In this document: piece by piece, positions 1 to 8,685 of the stretch
Numbering within the stretch: the first letter of the stretch is position 1
Layout: every line of letters starts with the position of its first letter
Origin: Candidatus Wildermuthbacteria bacterium
GTDB taxonomy: Bacteria > Patescibacteriota > Minisyncoccia > Minisyncoccales > UBA10102
Assembly: GCA_016186115.1 (NCBI GenBank)
Contig: JACPMK010000002.1
Span: 72,983-136,982 of the forward strand
Direction: 5' to 3'
Length of the DNA: 64,000 bases
Made by a program: the position numbers and the translations under genes
The notes under the pieces: model-generated
Databases searched by the model: none
What the model was told of the DNA's origin: nothing
The model's input: the letters and a program-made list of their open reading frames with translations, nothing else

Positions 1-583
1 CGGGCATTCCGTCTGCTTTTTTGGAGAAGTTCGGGTTAATCCAGCGCGACATTTCTTTACGGAATGCCGGGTTTCTATGGGCCATTCTCATTCCTTTTGC
101 GGTGAGAGCGGCAAGTGCTTCAATCTTTTCTTTTTCTGCAATGAAATGAATCTCGAGAACATTATCGAGATACTCTTGTGCGATGGAAGACATTCTTTGG
201 ACGAGAGAATCTTCCACCGGCTTTTTTTCGAATACTCCTCTTGAGTTTACTCGTTGAAGAATCGTTTCGAGAATTCGGTTGTATTCCTCATTTTTGTTGC
301 CATTCGGTCGAAAGAGCACTTCTGCAGCGAGATTATTCTCGCCATGATAGATGATACGATCAAAAATTCCGAAGCATTTTGCTGCGAGAATAAGATTTTC
401 TGCACAACAGCCAATGCTTATATAGCTATCTCGTCCCATTGGATCTGCTTGGGAAAGCTTAAGCTTGGGATTAAGATATATTTTGCAAGAATTTTTCTCA
501 ACACGAAAAAGCCACGGTTGAGTATTGTGGACAGAAGGAGCTCGTACCGCGTATTCCAAAAGAGATTTTATTTGTTCTTCCAT
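1..583 (-). CDS. Nitroreductase-family FMN oxidoreductase (Acg-like); 3' end runs off the window
   Basis: Absent from the ORF track because it has no stop in the window. My own translation from the ATG at 583 reads MEEQIKSLLEYAVRAPSVHNTQPWLFRVEKNSCKIYLNPKL... and stays open to nt 1. The APSxHNTQPW motif is typical of the nitroreductase/Acg family. Confidence 0.7.
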   Translation of the reverse strand, partial: MEEQIKSLLEYAVRAPSVHNTQPWLFRVEKNSCKIYLNPKLKLSQADPMGRDSYISIGCCAENLILAAKCFGIFDRIIYHGENNLAAEVLFRPNGNKNEEYNRILETILQRVNSRGVFEKKPVEDSLVQRMSSIAQEYLDNVLEIHFIAEKEKIEALAALTAKGMRMAHRNPAFRKEMSRWINPNFSKKADGMP

Positions 584-643
584 AACTAAATAGTTTCTCC
601 TTTAGCAAGAGAAAAAGAAAAATATACGCGGAGGTCGAAAATC

Positions 644-802
644 TTATTTCGGAAGCTGGTCGGAAGGGGCCTGCGGAGACGACTGCGGAGTTGTTGGGGA
701 AGTGACTTGTTTTGTTCCCTGTTTTTTGTTCTTCATGAAAAAGAGCAAAGCAATAATAAGGGCCAAAACTACTGCACCCGAGATTAAAACAGTTTTATCC
801 AT
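644..802 (-). CDS. Small single-pass membrane protein (52 aa)
   Basis: Own translation: MDKTVLISGAVVLALIIALLFFMKNKKQGTKQVTSPTTPQSSPQAPSDQLPK. It has one hydrophobic helix followed by a K-rich then P/S/T-rich tail, and is too short for the ORF track. Confidence 0.4.
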   Translation of the reverse strand: MDKTVLISGAVVLALIIALLFFMKNKKQGTKQVTSPTTPQSSPQAPSDQLPK

Positions 803-895
803 AGTGAGACATTAATTTTTATAGAGCGAGCATTGCAAATTCGACCTCTTCTGTTTATCATCTGCTGTTCTTTGAAAATTGTCAATGAGAGTTTT

Positions 896-1462
896 TCAGA
901 GCAGTGGAAAAGATTGAAGAATTGCATACTCTGCGCCGGATCGTTTGAGTTTGCTTTCCATTGCTTCGATGGACCGCACAGGAAAACTTACCGAAATATT
1001 TTCGTTGACTTCGGAGCGTTCCTCGGGCTCGATACGCTGAAATTCCCATTCGCGAAGCCGGGCCAAGGTAATATGAAGATTGAATTCTCGTTTTTCGGGT
1101 TGGTAATGCAGGATAGGAGAATTCGACAGTGTCTTCTCGAGATTATTTTGCAGAGCCAAAAGTTCGGGAGTTTTATCCCCCACCGCCCAAATCATGCGGG
1201 GCGTTTCTTGTTGAGGACCGTAGATAATTTTTTCGAATGTGAGTGAGAATTGTTTGCTGCGCGCTGCAGTTTCTTTGGCGATGCGGTATACTTCTTCTAA
1301 CTCTTTATCTGAAGTGCTGCCGAGAAATGCCAAGGTAACATGCAAGTTTTCTGGCGTTGTCCACCGCGCAGGCATTTCTTGCCATTTCTCTTGATACGAC
1401 AGCAATGTATGTTTGGTGTCTTCCGGCAAATTGATCGCAATAAAAATCCGGCGCAGATTCAT
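896..1462 (-). CDS. thpR: RNA 2',3'-cyclic phosphodiesterase (2H phosphoesterase, LigT/ThpR)
   Basis: It carries two HxTL motifs (HVTLAFLG and HITLARL) at the usual spacing, and 188 aa is typical for the family. Confidence 0.85.
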   Translation of the reverse strand: MNLRRIFIAINLPEDTKHTLLSYQEKWQEMPARWTTPENLHVTLAFLGSTSDKELEEVYRIAKETAARSKQFSLTFEKIIYGPQQETPRMIWAVGDKTPELLALQNNLEKTLSNSPILHYQPEKREFNLHITLARLREWEFQRIEPEERSEVNENISVSFPVRSIEAMESKLKRSGAEYAILQSFPLL

Positions 1463-1509
1463 GATTGAATTTTAGCAGAAAGATAGCTACGATGTAAGTA
1501 GGTTGAGCT

Positions 1510-1983
1510 ATGAAAGAAAAGATCAAAAAATCTCAAATAAAGAAAAAGGGGAAGAAAAATCAGAAGCAAGAAGAAAGCGATATTCAGAAGGTGGTAAATC
1601 ATTATTTTTATTCCAAGGGGCTGACGCTGGAAAAAATAAAAAGAGACGCAAGAAAGAAAAAGATTATCTATTCCCGTTACACGCGGCCGGCAAAGCAGCT
1701 CATTGAGTTGGCGGGCTCCATAGAAAAAGCCAAAGCAGCAATTGATCGCGTGGCAGCGTGGGCCAATTCGCGAGGATTGGACTATGCGATTGAAACCGTA
1801 TTCAAAAAATGGCTTGAATTGGACCGGCTGAAACCCAAAGAAGTGGTAAAGAAGCCATTTTATCAAGGAAATCCCATGGTGTGGTCTGAAGCCAAGAAAA
1901 AATGGTTTGTGGTTACTCCAGAGGGAGAGTGGCTTGAGTTCGCCGACAAGGAATCTACAATGGAGTGGAAAATTGTATCATGA
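1510..1983 (+). CDS. Hypothetical protein with a Lys-rich N-terminus (157 aa)
   Basis: Clean ORF ending 4 nt before the fmt start. No motif recognised. Confidence 0.55.
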   Translation: MKEKIKKSQIKKKGKKNQKQEESDIQKVVNHYFYSKGLTLEKIKRDARKKKIIYSRYTRPAKQLIELAGSIEKAKAAIDRVAAWANSRGLDYAIETVFKKWLELDRLKPKEVVKKPFYQGNPMVWSEAKKKWFVVTPEGEWLEFADKESTMEWKIVS

Positions 1984-1986
1984 AAC

Positions 1987-2937
1987 ATGAGAATTATTTT
2001 TTTGGGGACATCAGAGTTTAGCACAATCGTTTTGGAAAAACTTGTAGAGTCCGGCATGAAGCCGGTTTTGGTTATAACCGTGCCAGATAAACCCGTCGGC
2101 CGCAAACAAATTCTTGTTTCTCCGCCCGTGAAGCTTACGGCACAGAAATATGGTATTGAAGTTTTGCAGCCAGAGGAGAGTATACAACACACTAAATACC
2201 AAATACTCAATACTGCGCCTGATCTTATCGTTGTTGCTGCTTACGGGCAGATTCTTCCTAAAGAAATTTTGGATATTCCGAAATACGGGGTATTAAATGT
2301 TCATCCTTCTGTGCTGCCAAAGTATCGCGGCCCTTCCCCAGTGCAAACTGCAATTTTGAATGGCGATGAAAAGACAGGGGTTACAATTATGCTGATGGAT
2401 GAGAAGGTGGACCATGGGCCAGTCCTTGCTGCGCAGGAATTTTCAATTTTCAATTTTCAATTTTCAAACGGGAAGCCAACAACGCCGGAATTGAAAAAGA
2501 AATTAGCGGAAGTCGGGGCTCAATTGCTTGTTGAGGTAATTCCGCAATGGATCGATGGGAACATAAGGCCCCGGCTGCAAGATGACAGCAAGGCCACGTA
2601 TACAAAGATTATTCGCAAAGAAGACGGGAGAATCGATTGGACGAAGAATGCGGAATATATTGAGCGGCAGGTTCGGGCATTTCAGCCATGGCCCGGTACC
2701 TATACATTTTACAATCATACTCTTGTAAAAATTCTAAAATCTGGTATCGTATTAACTTCGGGAGGAGTATCCCCTATTCCGGGGACAGTATTTTTCTCTT
2801 CTGAAAAGAAAATCGCTGTGGTCGCGGGGAAAGATGCGCTCTTGGTTGAAAAGTTGCAACTCGAGGGAGGCAACCCCATGCCTTCGAGGGAATTTCTTCT
2901 CGGCCATAGAAATTTTATTGGAACAACCCTCCAATAA
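1987..2937 (+). CDS. fmt: Methionyl-tRNA formyltransferase
   Basis: The N-terminus MRIIFLGTSEFS, the HPSVLPKYRGPSP motif and the C-terminal Fmt domain are present, and the length is typical. Confidence 0.95.
   Translation: MRIIFLGTSEFSTIVLEKLVESGMKPVLVITVPDKPVGRKQILVSPPVKLTAQKYGIEVLQPEESIQHTKYQILNTAPDLIVVAAYGQILPKEILDIPKYGVLNVHPSVLPKYRGPSPVQTAILNGDEKTGVTIMLMDEKVDHGPVLAAQEFSIFNFQFSNGKPTTPELKKKLAEVGAQLLVEVIPQWIDGNIRPRLQDDSKATYTKIIRKEDGRIDWTKNAEYIERQVRAFQPWPGTYTFYNHTLVKILKSGIVLTSGGVSPIPGTVFFSSEKKIAVVAGKDALLVEKLQLEGGNPMPSREFLLGHRNFIGTTLQ
2438..2465 (+). repeat. Perfect heptanucleotide tandem array (AATTTTC)x4 inside fmt
   Basis: Read directly from the sequence as aattttc aattttc aattttc aattttc. 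It encodes FSIFNFQFS. Confidence 0.9.
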
Positions 2938-2956
2938 AATTTCTAATTTTTAATCT

Positions 2957-3520
2957 ATGTTATCTTATTTTGATTTACGCAAAGGTGTGCAATTTATTTT
3001 CGAGGGCCAACCCTATGAAGTGTTGGAGTTTAAGCAAATGGGAAAATCGCAGGATGTGGTGGTGGCGCAGACAAGAATCCGCAACCTTCTTAATGGAAAG
3101 GTATTGCAGAAAAACTTTCATCAGGGAGATGTGTTTGAAGAGGCGGAAGCGCAAAAATTCAGCGCGAAATTTCTGTATAGCCATCGCGGGAAATATGGAT
3201 TTTGTGAAGAGGGGGATCCGAGCAAGCGTTTTGAGCTGTCGGCGGAACAAATTGGCGACGGGGTAAACTTTTTAAAACCAAACGCAATAGTTGAGGGGTT
3301 AAAGTTTGAGGGGAAAATTGTGAACATTATTCTTCCGGTAAAGGTGCAGCTTAAAGTGACCGATGCGCCTCCGGGCGTCAAAGGAGACAGCTCAAAAGGA
3401 GGAATAAAGACGGTAAAGCTTGAGACCGGAGCAACGGTGAACACCCCGCTTTTCGTTGAAACGGGAGATACGGTGGAAATCAACACCGAAACAGGAGAAT
3501 ACGTCAGGCGCGTGCAATAG
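2957..3520 (+). CDS. efp: Elongation factor P
   Basis: The N-terminus YFDLRKGVQFIFEGQPYEVLEFKQMGKSQ reads as EF-P, the protein is 187 aa, and it has the three-domain length. Confidence 0.95.
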   Translation: MLSYFDLRKGVQFIFEGQPYEVLEFKQMGKSQDVVVAQTRIRNLLNGKVLQKNFHQGDVFEEAEAQKFSAKFLYSHRGKYGFCEEGDPSKRFELSAEQIGDGVNFLKPNAIVEGLKFEGKIVNIILPVKVQLKVTDAPPGVKGDSSKGGIKTVKLETGATVNTPLFVETGDTVEINTETGEYVRRVQ

Positions 3521-3549
3521 GATAGTGGCAGAATTTGTTGTTTTGATTT

Positions 3550-4719
3550 ATGATAAAAGAGAATATGCTGCAAACTCTTTCTGATATTCAATCTGCCCTT
3601 ATCCCTCAAGAAAAAATTTCCCGTTGCGCTCCTGATGACACGCTCGATGCTGCTTTTGGAAAGACACGGAGCAGTCATGACGCTGTCTTTGTATGGGGAT
3701 CTGACAAAAATTTTCTCGGATTGGCGTCGGCTTCCTATGCTTTGTTCCGCAAGCACTATCCTTTTGGCACTAAAGTGCGTTCGTGTCTGATTCATTCTCC
3801 CCGCGTTACTCTTTCTACTCCCCTGTGGGAAATTGCGGAATGTATGGTTTCAACAGGATGCTATACGCTTCCTGTTTTTCATTCTAGTGGTTCTGTCATT
3901 GGGGCAATAAGCGCAAAAAATATATGGCAAGGACTTGCAAAAGACCCTGGTTCTTTTTTAGATTCCATACGGAACGTGAAGGCCACAAAACCAGTGAGCG
4001 CCCCAATGAATTGTTCGGTGAAAGATATTTTGGAATTGCTTCGTCAAGAGAAAACCTCGCGCATCGTGCTTGTGAATGAAGCGGGCAAGCTCGAGGCGAT
4101 TATTGCAAGGAGAGATGTCCAGCAATTGATGATCAAGCCAGCGAAGCGTCAAAGCGCGATGCCATCGCCCGGAGGCGCTCGAGCCAATGCGTTTGGCACG
4201 GAAACAAAATCCCGTCTCGATACGTCTGCGAAGACCTATGCAAAGAGAAATATACTTGTTGTGCCGGAACACACTCCGTTAGCCGAACAAGTCAGGACGC
4301 TGCTTTCCTCCGGAAAGACGAGCATTGTAGTGGTTGATGGAAAGGATCGGCCAGTCGGTATTATTTCCATGCGTACTCTTTTGCAATCGCTTGCCTTGGC
4401 AAAGCCAGAGGTTGAAATTCCTGTGATTGTGCGCAACGACGCGAAACTTCCCAGCGCGGATATCGATTACATCACTTCGCTCTTGGCAACATTTGCAAAA
4501 AAACTTTATAAACATTCTCCTTTGCAGAGAGTCGAAGTAAGCATTAAGGAATCAAAAAATCCGGCAGGAAGGCCCATTGTATTTGAATTAGTGCTTCAGG
4601 TGCTTTTGGCATCAGGAGCTAGATTCGTGGCCAAGACCCAAAATTATAAATTAAAACCAGCGCTCCAGGAAGTAATCCTCGAGGTGAAACAGCAAGAGGC
4701 AAAGAAACATCATTCCTAG
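3550..4719 (+). CDS. CBS-domain protein (two CBS pairs) with a C-terminal HPF/RaiA-like domain
   Basis: CBS-like strand-helix endings recur (VIGAISAKNIWQGL, LEAIIARRDVQQLM, PVGIISMRTLLQSL). The last ~95 aa follow the short-HPF pattern (see findings). Confidence 0.75.
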   Translation: MIKENMLQTLSDIQSALIPQEKISRCAPDDTLDAAFGKTRSSHDAVFVWGSDKNFLGLASASYALFRKHYPFGTKVRSCLIHSPRVTLSTPLWEIAECMVSTGCYTLPVFHSSGSVIGAISAKNIWQGLAKDPGSFLDSIRNVKATKPVSAPMNCSVKDILELLRQEKTSRIVLVNEAGKLEAIIARRDVQQLMIKPAKRQSAMPSPGGARANAFGTETKSRLDTSAKTYAKRNILVVPEHTPLAEQVRTLLSSGKTSIVVVDGKDRPVGIISMRTLLQSLALAKPEVEIPVIVRNDAKLPSADIDYITSLLATFAKKLYKHSPLQRVEVSIKESKNPAGRPIVFELVLQVLLASGARFVAKTQNYKLKPALQEVILEVKQQEAKKHHS

Positions 4720-5669
4720 TACAAAGAGGAAGAAAGTTTGCGGGCAAGGAGTATGGCTCCCCATACTCCCTCGTCGTTATTGGATGAAAATTGTACCTTC
4801 GGGTAGAGTTGTTTAATTCGTTTTTGGACCAATGCTTTGAGCCCCTGCATATTCCATACCGAGCCCATAAAACCGAGACAGAAGGCCTTTTTTTGAATGT
4901 GCAGATTGCGTATTACTGCTTCAATCCCCCGGACGAGTTCTTGGGCGGTTTCTTTGCGGATTTGTTTTGCTGCCCAGTCATTGCGTTTGAGAGCTTGGTC
5001 AAGATATTGGGAAAAAGACGCAATATATTGTTTCGTTGCGTTTGGATTTTGTGAAATTCTCTGATAAGTTGCTGCAATAAGTTTTTCCATGGTCGGTATC
5101 TTTGTTTGTTGCAGCACAATTTTTTCGAGTATACTCTTTTTGTTTCTGCCATCCCATGATTTTGCTGCTGTCTTCAAGATTTTCAGACCAACTTCATAGC
5201 CGCTTCCCTCATCCCCAAAAATATAGTCCCAGCCAATGCTCTTTGCTTTTTTCCCTTTGTATTCGCCAAGTATCGAAGAGCCGGTTCCAGAGATTGCCAA
5301 TATTCGAGGCATACTGTCGTTTTGACATCTCAATTCAAGGGCCGTCTCTGCATCATTTACAACTTGCCATAGAGAATTGCTAGGGAGCACTGCTTTTACT
5401 ATTTTTTCATATACTCCCCTATCTTTTTCAGTATCGAGGCCAGCCAATCCTAATACTGCTATTATCTTTGCATCATTTGCTTTTTTACAAATGGGTCGGA
5501 GCAATTGGCGCAAATTTTTTCCTGTCGTTGCTATGCCAATACCATGATAATTCAAAGGGCCTCCTTTGTTTTGTGCAATAGCTATTTCTCGTTCGTCAAC
5601 AAGCATTGCTGTGCTTTTTGTTGCTCCGCCTTCCACTCCCAAATAAAATATTTTTTTCTTCGGATTCAT
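4716..5669 (-). CDS. BadF/BadG/BcrA/BcrD-type ATPase (N-acetylglucosamine kinase-like)
   Basis: Motifs LGVEGGATKS, ISGTGS and GWDYIFGDEGSGY are present. Confidence 0.8.
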   Translation of the reverse strand: MNPKKKIFYLGVEGGATKSTAMLVDEREIAIAQNKGGPLNYHGIGIATTGKNLRQLLRPICKKANDAKIIAVLGLAGLDTEKDRGVYEKIVKAVLPSNSLWQVVNDAETALELRCQNDSMPRILAISGTGSSILGEYKGKKAKSIGWDYIFGDEGSGYEVGLKILKTAAKSWDGRNKKSILEKIVLQQTKIPTMEKLIAATYQRISQNPNATKQYIASFSQYLDQALKRNDWAAKQIRKETAQELVRGIEAVIRNLHIQKKAFCLGFMGSVWNMQGLKALVQKRIKQLYPKVQFSSNNDEGVWGAILLARKLSSSLY

Positions 5670-5670
5670 A

Positions 5671-7059
5671 TCAGATGCGCTGTAAAAGTTTAATCAAGAG
5701 GCGTACTGGCGCTCCAGCCGCCCCCTTTGCAAGATATTCTCCTTCGATTGCTGTCATGCGCGGAGCAATGTCGATATGAACCCATGGATACCCCTCGGTA
5801 AATTGCTTGAGAAATACTGCCGCGGTAATCGCGCCGCCATAGCGCGTTTTGCCCATGTTGGCCCAATCGCCAAAAGTTCCCTTAATTTCCTCTGCATACT
5901 CTTCCCAAAGCGGCATTGGCCAAACATAATCCCCCGTTTCTTCGCCTAACTCGCGAAAAAGCTGTTCTAATTTTTGATCTGTCGTAAAAATGGCAGAAGC
6001 GCGTTGCCCAAGTGCTGCCATTGCTGCCCCTGTCAGTGTGGCCACATCGATAACAAGCCGCGGATTATAGCGTTTGGCATATCCTAGGGCGTCAGCAAGA
6101 AGAATTCTTCCTTCGGCATCAGTGTCAAGGACTTCGATTGTTTTTCCCGATATGGTGCGCAGCACGTCTCCGGGATGATAGCTTGAGCCCGAAGGCATAT
6201 TTTCTGCTGCAGGGATTAAGCCGACAATATTTTTTTGCAATCCCATTTTTGCAGCAAGCACAACGGAATGCATGACTGCCGCTCCCCCAGACATATCCAT
6301 GTGCATATCAGAGGTCCCTTCCCTTGGCTTGAGATTGATTCCTCCGGTATCAAAAGTTACGCCCTTGCCTATCAAGACAATGGGTTGTTCGTTTTTGCCT
6401 GCTCCGTAATATTCCAATATGATAAAACGCGGCTCTTCGGAAGATCCTTTTGCAACTCCCGTAATTCCGCCCATGCCCAACTCTTTCATTTCTTTTGGTT
6501 CCAAAACAGTTACCTTAGCAGAAGTTTCTCGAGCTGCTTTTCGTGCTGCCTCGGCAAGAATTTTCGGGGTCATATCTCCCCCGGGTGTATTAGAAAGAAT
6601 GCGTGTATTGTTGACTGCATTTGCAATGAGCATTCCTTTTTCGATTCCTTTTTCTATTTCTGCTTTGTCTTGGCTCGAATGCAAAACAATCTCTTCAACA
6701 AAATTCCATCCTTCTTTGGGAGGAGTTTTGTATTGTACAAATTCAAAATTGGCCATTTCAAAATTGATAGCCAGCACTTCTGCTTTTTCTTCGTTTGAAA
6801 GCTGGACATTGGAAAATTCGAGATCGTCAAAAGGAATTGCAATGCTTTTAATGCGCTGGCCTTTGGCCAGAGCAATAACTTGCCTTGCAAGAATAAAAAG
6901 TTTTCTGCGATTGATTTGGTTTTTATCCCCTATTCCCAAAGCCAAAATTCTCTGGCCGTCTGGCAGTACTTCAATCCACGATTCTTGTCGTTGTTCAACG
7001 AGTTTGAGTACGGTTATTGCTTTATCCTGCGGTTTTTGAGATACGACACTGATTTTCAT
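5671..7059 (-). CDS. pepA: Leucyl aminopeptidase (M17)
   Basis: Motifs NTPGGDMTP, GKGVTFDTGGINLKP and DTDAEGRILLADAL are present. Confidence 0.9.
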   Translation of the reverse strand: MKISVVSQKPQDKAITVLKLVEQRQESWIEVLPDGQRILALGIGDKNQINRRKLFILARQVIALAKGQRIKSIAIPFDDLEFSNVQLSNEEKAEVLAINFEMANFEFVQYKTPPKEGWNFVEEIVLHSSQDKAEIEKGIEKGMLIANAVNNTRILSNTPGGDMTPKILAEAARKAARETSAKVTVLEPKEMKELGMGGITGVAKGSSEEPRFIILEYYGAGKNEQPIVLIGKGVTFDTGGINLKPREGTSDMHMDMSGGAAVMHSVVLAAKMGLQKNIVGLIPAAENMPSGSSYHPGDVLRTISGKTIEVLDTDAEGRILLADALGYAKRYNPRLVIDVATLTGAAMAALGQRASAIFTTDQKLEQLFRELGEETGDYVWPMPLWEEYAEEIKGTFGDWANMGKTRYGGAITAAVFLKQFTEGYPWVHIDIAPRMTAIEGEYLAKGAAGAPVRLLIKLLQRI

Positions 7060-7067
7060 GGAGTATC

Positions 7068-7625
7068 TTAGCGATAGCTGGGATGTTTTTCTTTTTTCTT
7101 ATTTGTTTTCGTGGAAAAGCGTGCCATGGCGTAGAGAAAGCTTGAAAGACGGTTGAGGTATGCCCCCAATTCCGGCGGGAGCTTCTTTTTTTTACTTGCC
7201 AATTTTTTATTGAGAATAAAAAATTTCAATTCAGCCCGTCTCGCCACTGCCCTTGCAAAATCGAGCCAAGCCGAAATCTCGTCTTGGCCATAGACCACAA
7301 ATTTTCGTTCCGGTTTTACTTTTTGTTCGAGGGTGTCAATCATTTCTTCCAGTTTACGAATTTTTTCTTCTTTGAATTCCGGAGGGTTCCAGCCGGTGAG
7401 AAGGCATCCAATATGGGCCTGAATAATAAAGAGATCCTGCTGGATTTCTTCCAGAATCTTTTTTGAGGATGTGGGGATTTTTTGATTTTTTACAATACCG
7501 AGTAAACTATTCAATTCATCCAGCGCGCCTACTGTTTCTACCTCGGGAGAATCCTTCTCAATTTTTTTGCTCCCAAAATAGCTTACGCCCTTATCCCCTT
7601 TTCCTGTATAAAAAACCCGTGCCAT
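7068..7625 (-). CDS. ATP:cob(I)alamin adenosyltransferase, PduO type
   Basis: The N-terminus YTGKGDKGVSYF...VETVGALDELNSLLG matches, and the ~185 aa helical-bundle length fits. Confidence 0.85.
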   Translation of the reverse strand: MARVFYTGKGDKGVSYFGSKKIEKDSPEVETVGALDELNSLLGIVKNQKIPTSSKKILEEIQQDLFIIQAHIGCLLTGWNPPEFKEEKIRKLEEMIDTLEQKVKPERKFVVYGQDEISAWLDFARAVARRAELKFFILNKKLASKKKKLPPELGAYLNRLSSFLYAMARFSTKTNKKKEKHPSYR

Positions 7626-7827
7626 ACTCTCATTGTAAGAGTTTTGCCATCAATGATGCAAATCGATCTAGTTGCTCGAGCAAGTAATTTTTCTTTGCCC
7701 CGCCCCGTCATTCGGCTGGGGCGGGCCACATTTCGCTCCGCCTGCGGCGGAACTCAACGTGGACACCTACGCGTCTGCAGAAAAACCACTTCCTCTCGCT
7801 TTTTACTACCAATTACTCACTACTAAT

Positions 7828-7989
7828 CTATTCCCCGAGTTGTTTTTTCAGCTGCTCCAAGATGTGTCGCTTTGTTTCTTCGACGGTTTGGCCGCTCACA
7901 TCGGCCGCTTCTTTGAAGGTTTTTTCGGTAATATTTTTATCGTTGCCCATATCATTGTTGAGCATGCCGCACCCGCAATTGTAGCACAT
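7828..7989 (-). CDS. Small Cys-rich protein (53 aa)
   Basis: Own translation: MCYNCGCGMLNNDMGNDKNITEKTFKEAADVSGQTVEETKRHILEQLKKQLGE. It starts 32 nt after the ygjP-like stop, has no clear SD, and is too short for the ORF track. Confidence 0.4.
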   Translation of the reverse strand: MCYNCGCGMLNNDMGNDKNITEKTFKEAADVSGQTVEETKRHILEQLKKQLGE

Positions 7990-8021
7990 AGATTGTGTAT
8001 TGGTTATGTTGATTATTCTTT

Positions 8022-8579
8022 CTAGTAGGTATATTTTAGCTCTTTTTCTATTTTTTGATAATGAGGTACTGCTCGACCAACTAATTTCCAGAATTTCTCT
8101 GAATGATCAAAGGCCTCAAGATGGCAGAGTTCATGCACGATGATGTAATCAGCAATATGCTTGGGTAGGAACAAAAGCTTATAGCTGAAGTTGAGATTTT
8201 TTTTGTCAGAGCAACTCCCCCAAATAGTGCGATGATTTTTGATGCGAACAGTATGGAACTGAAGATTATAGAGTTTGTTGAAGTGAGAAAGCCGATGCTC
8301 CACAAGTTTCTGCGCCTTTTCCTTGTAGGCAAGGTAGCTTTTTTGATCATTGCGAAAGAAAATGCCTCCTTTGAAATGTTTAAAAAACAAGAGCTGTTTC
8401 AGCATCCAGTTGGCCTTTTCGCGCAGAAATGTGCGGATAATGCCTTCGGTTGTGCCTTTTGGGATGGTAAGCACAAATCTGCCGTCGTAGTAGGCGTCTA
8501 GCCGTAATTTTCGGGCTTTTCTGCTTATTTTCACGGCGTAGCGGATTTTCCGGTTTTTGACCTTAATTTGTTGTTCCAT
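8022..8579 (-). CDS. M48/DUF45 metal-dependent hydrolase (YgjP-like)
   Basis: It has the HELCHL (HExxH) motif near the C-terminus plus FWKLV. A strong AGGAGGG SD precedes the ATG. Confidence 0.85.
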   Translation of the reverse strand: MEQQIKVKNRKIRYAVKISRKARKLRLDAYYDGRFVLTIPKGTTEGIIRTFLREKANWMLKQLLFFKHFKGGIFFRNDQKSYLAYKEKAQKLVEHRLSHFNKLYNLQFHTVRIKNHRTIWGSCSDKKNLNFSYKLLFLPKHIADYIIVHELCHLEAFDHSEKFWKLVGRAVPHYQKIEKELKYTY

Positions 8580-8630
8580 AGACCCTCCTTTCTATCAAAA
8601 TTGATCCACTGTTGTCAAAACAAAGACGAA

Positions 8631-8660
8631 GAGACCCAGACGTTATGTCGACTGGGTCTC
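8631..8660 (-). terminator. Intrinsic terminator after the giant gene
   Basis: A 9-bp stem GAGACCCAG/CTGGGTCTC with a 12-nt loop is followed on the minus sense by CTTCGTCTTTGTTTTG. Confidence 0.6.
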
Positions 8661-8685
8661 TTTTCCATCGAGCTCGATTTTCTTT

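Noticed and set aside
254-589. ORF-track 111-aa ORF on the + strand.
   Set aside because: It is antisense to the nitroreductase-family gene, which has a recognisable motif and stays open to the window edge.
6235-7039. Two + strand ORFs (187 and 206 aa).
   Set aside because: They are antisense shadows within pepA, with no motifs.
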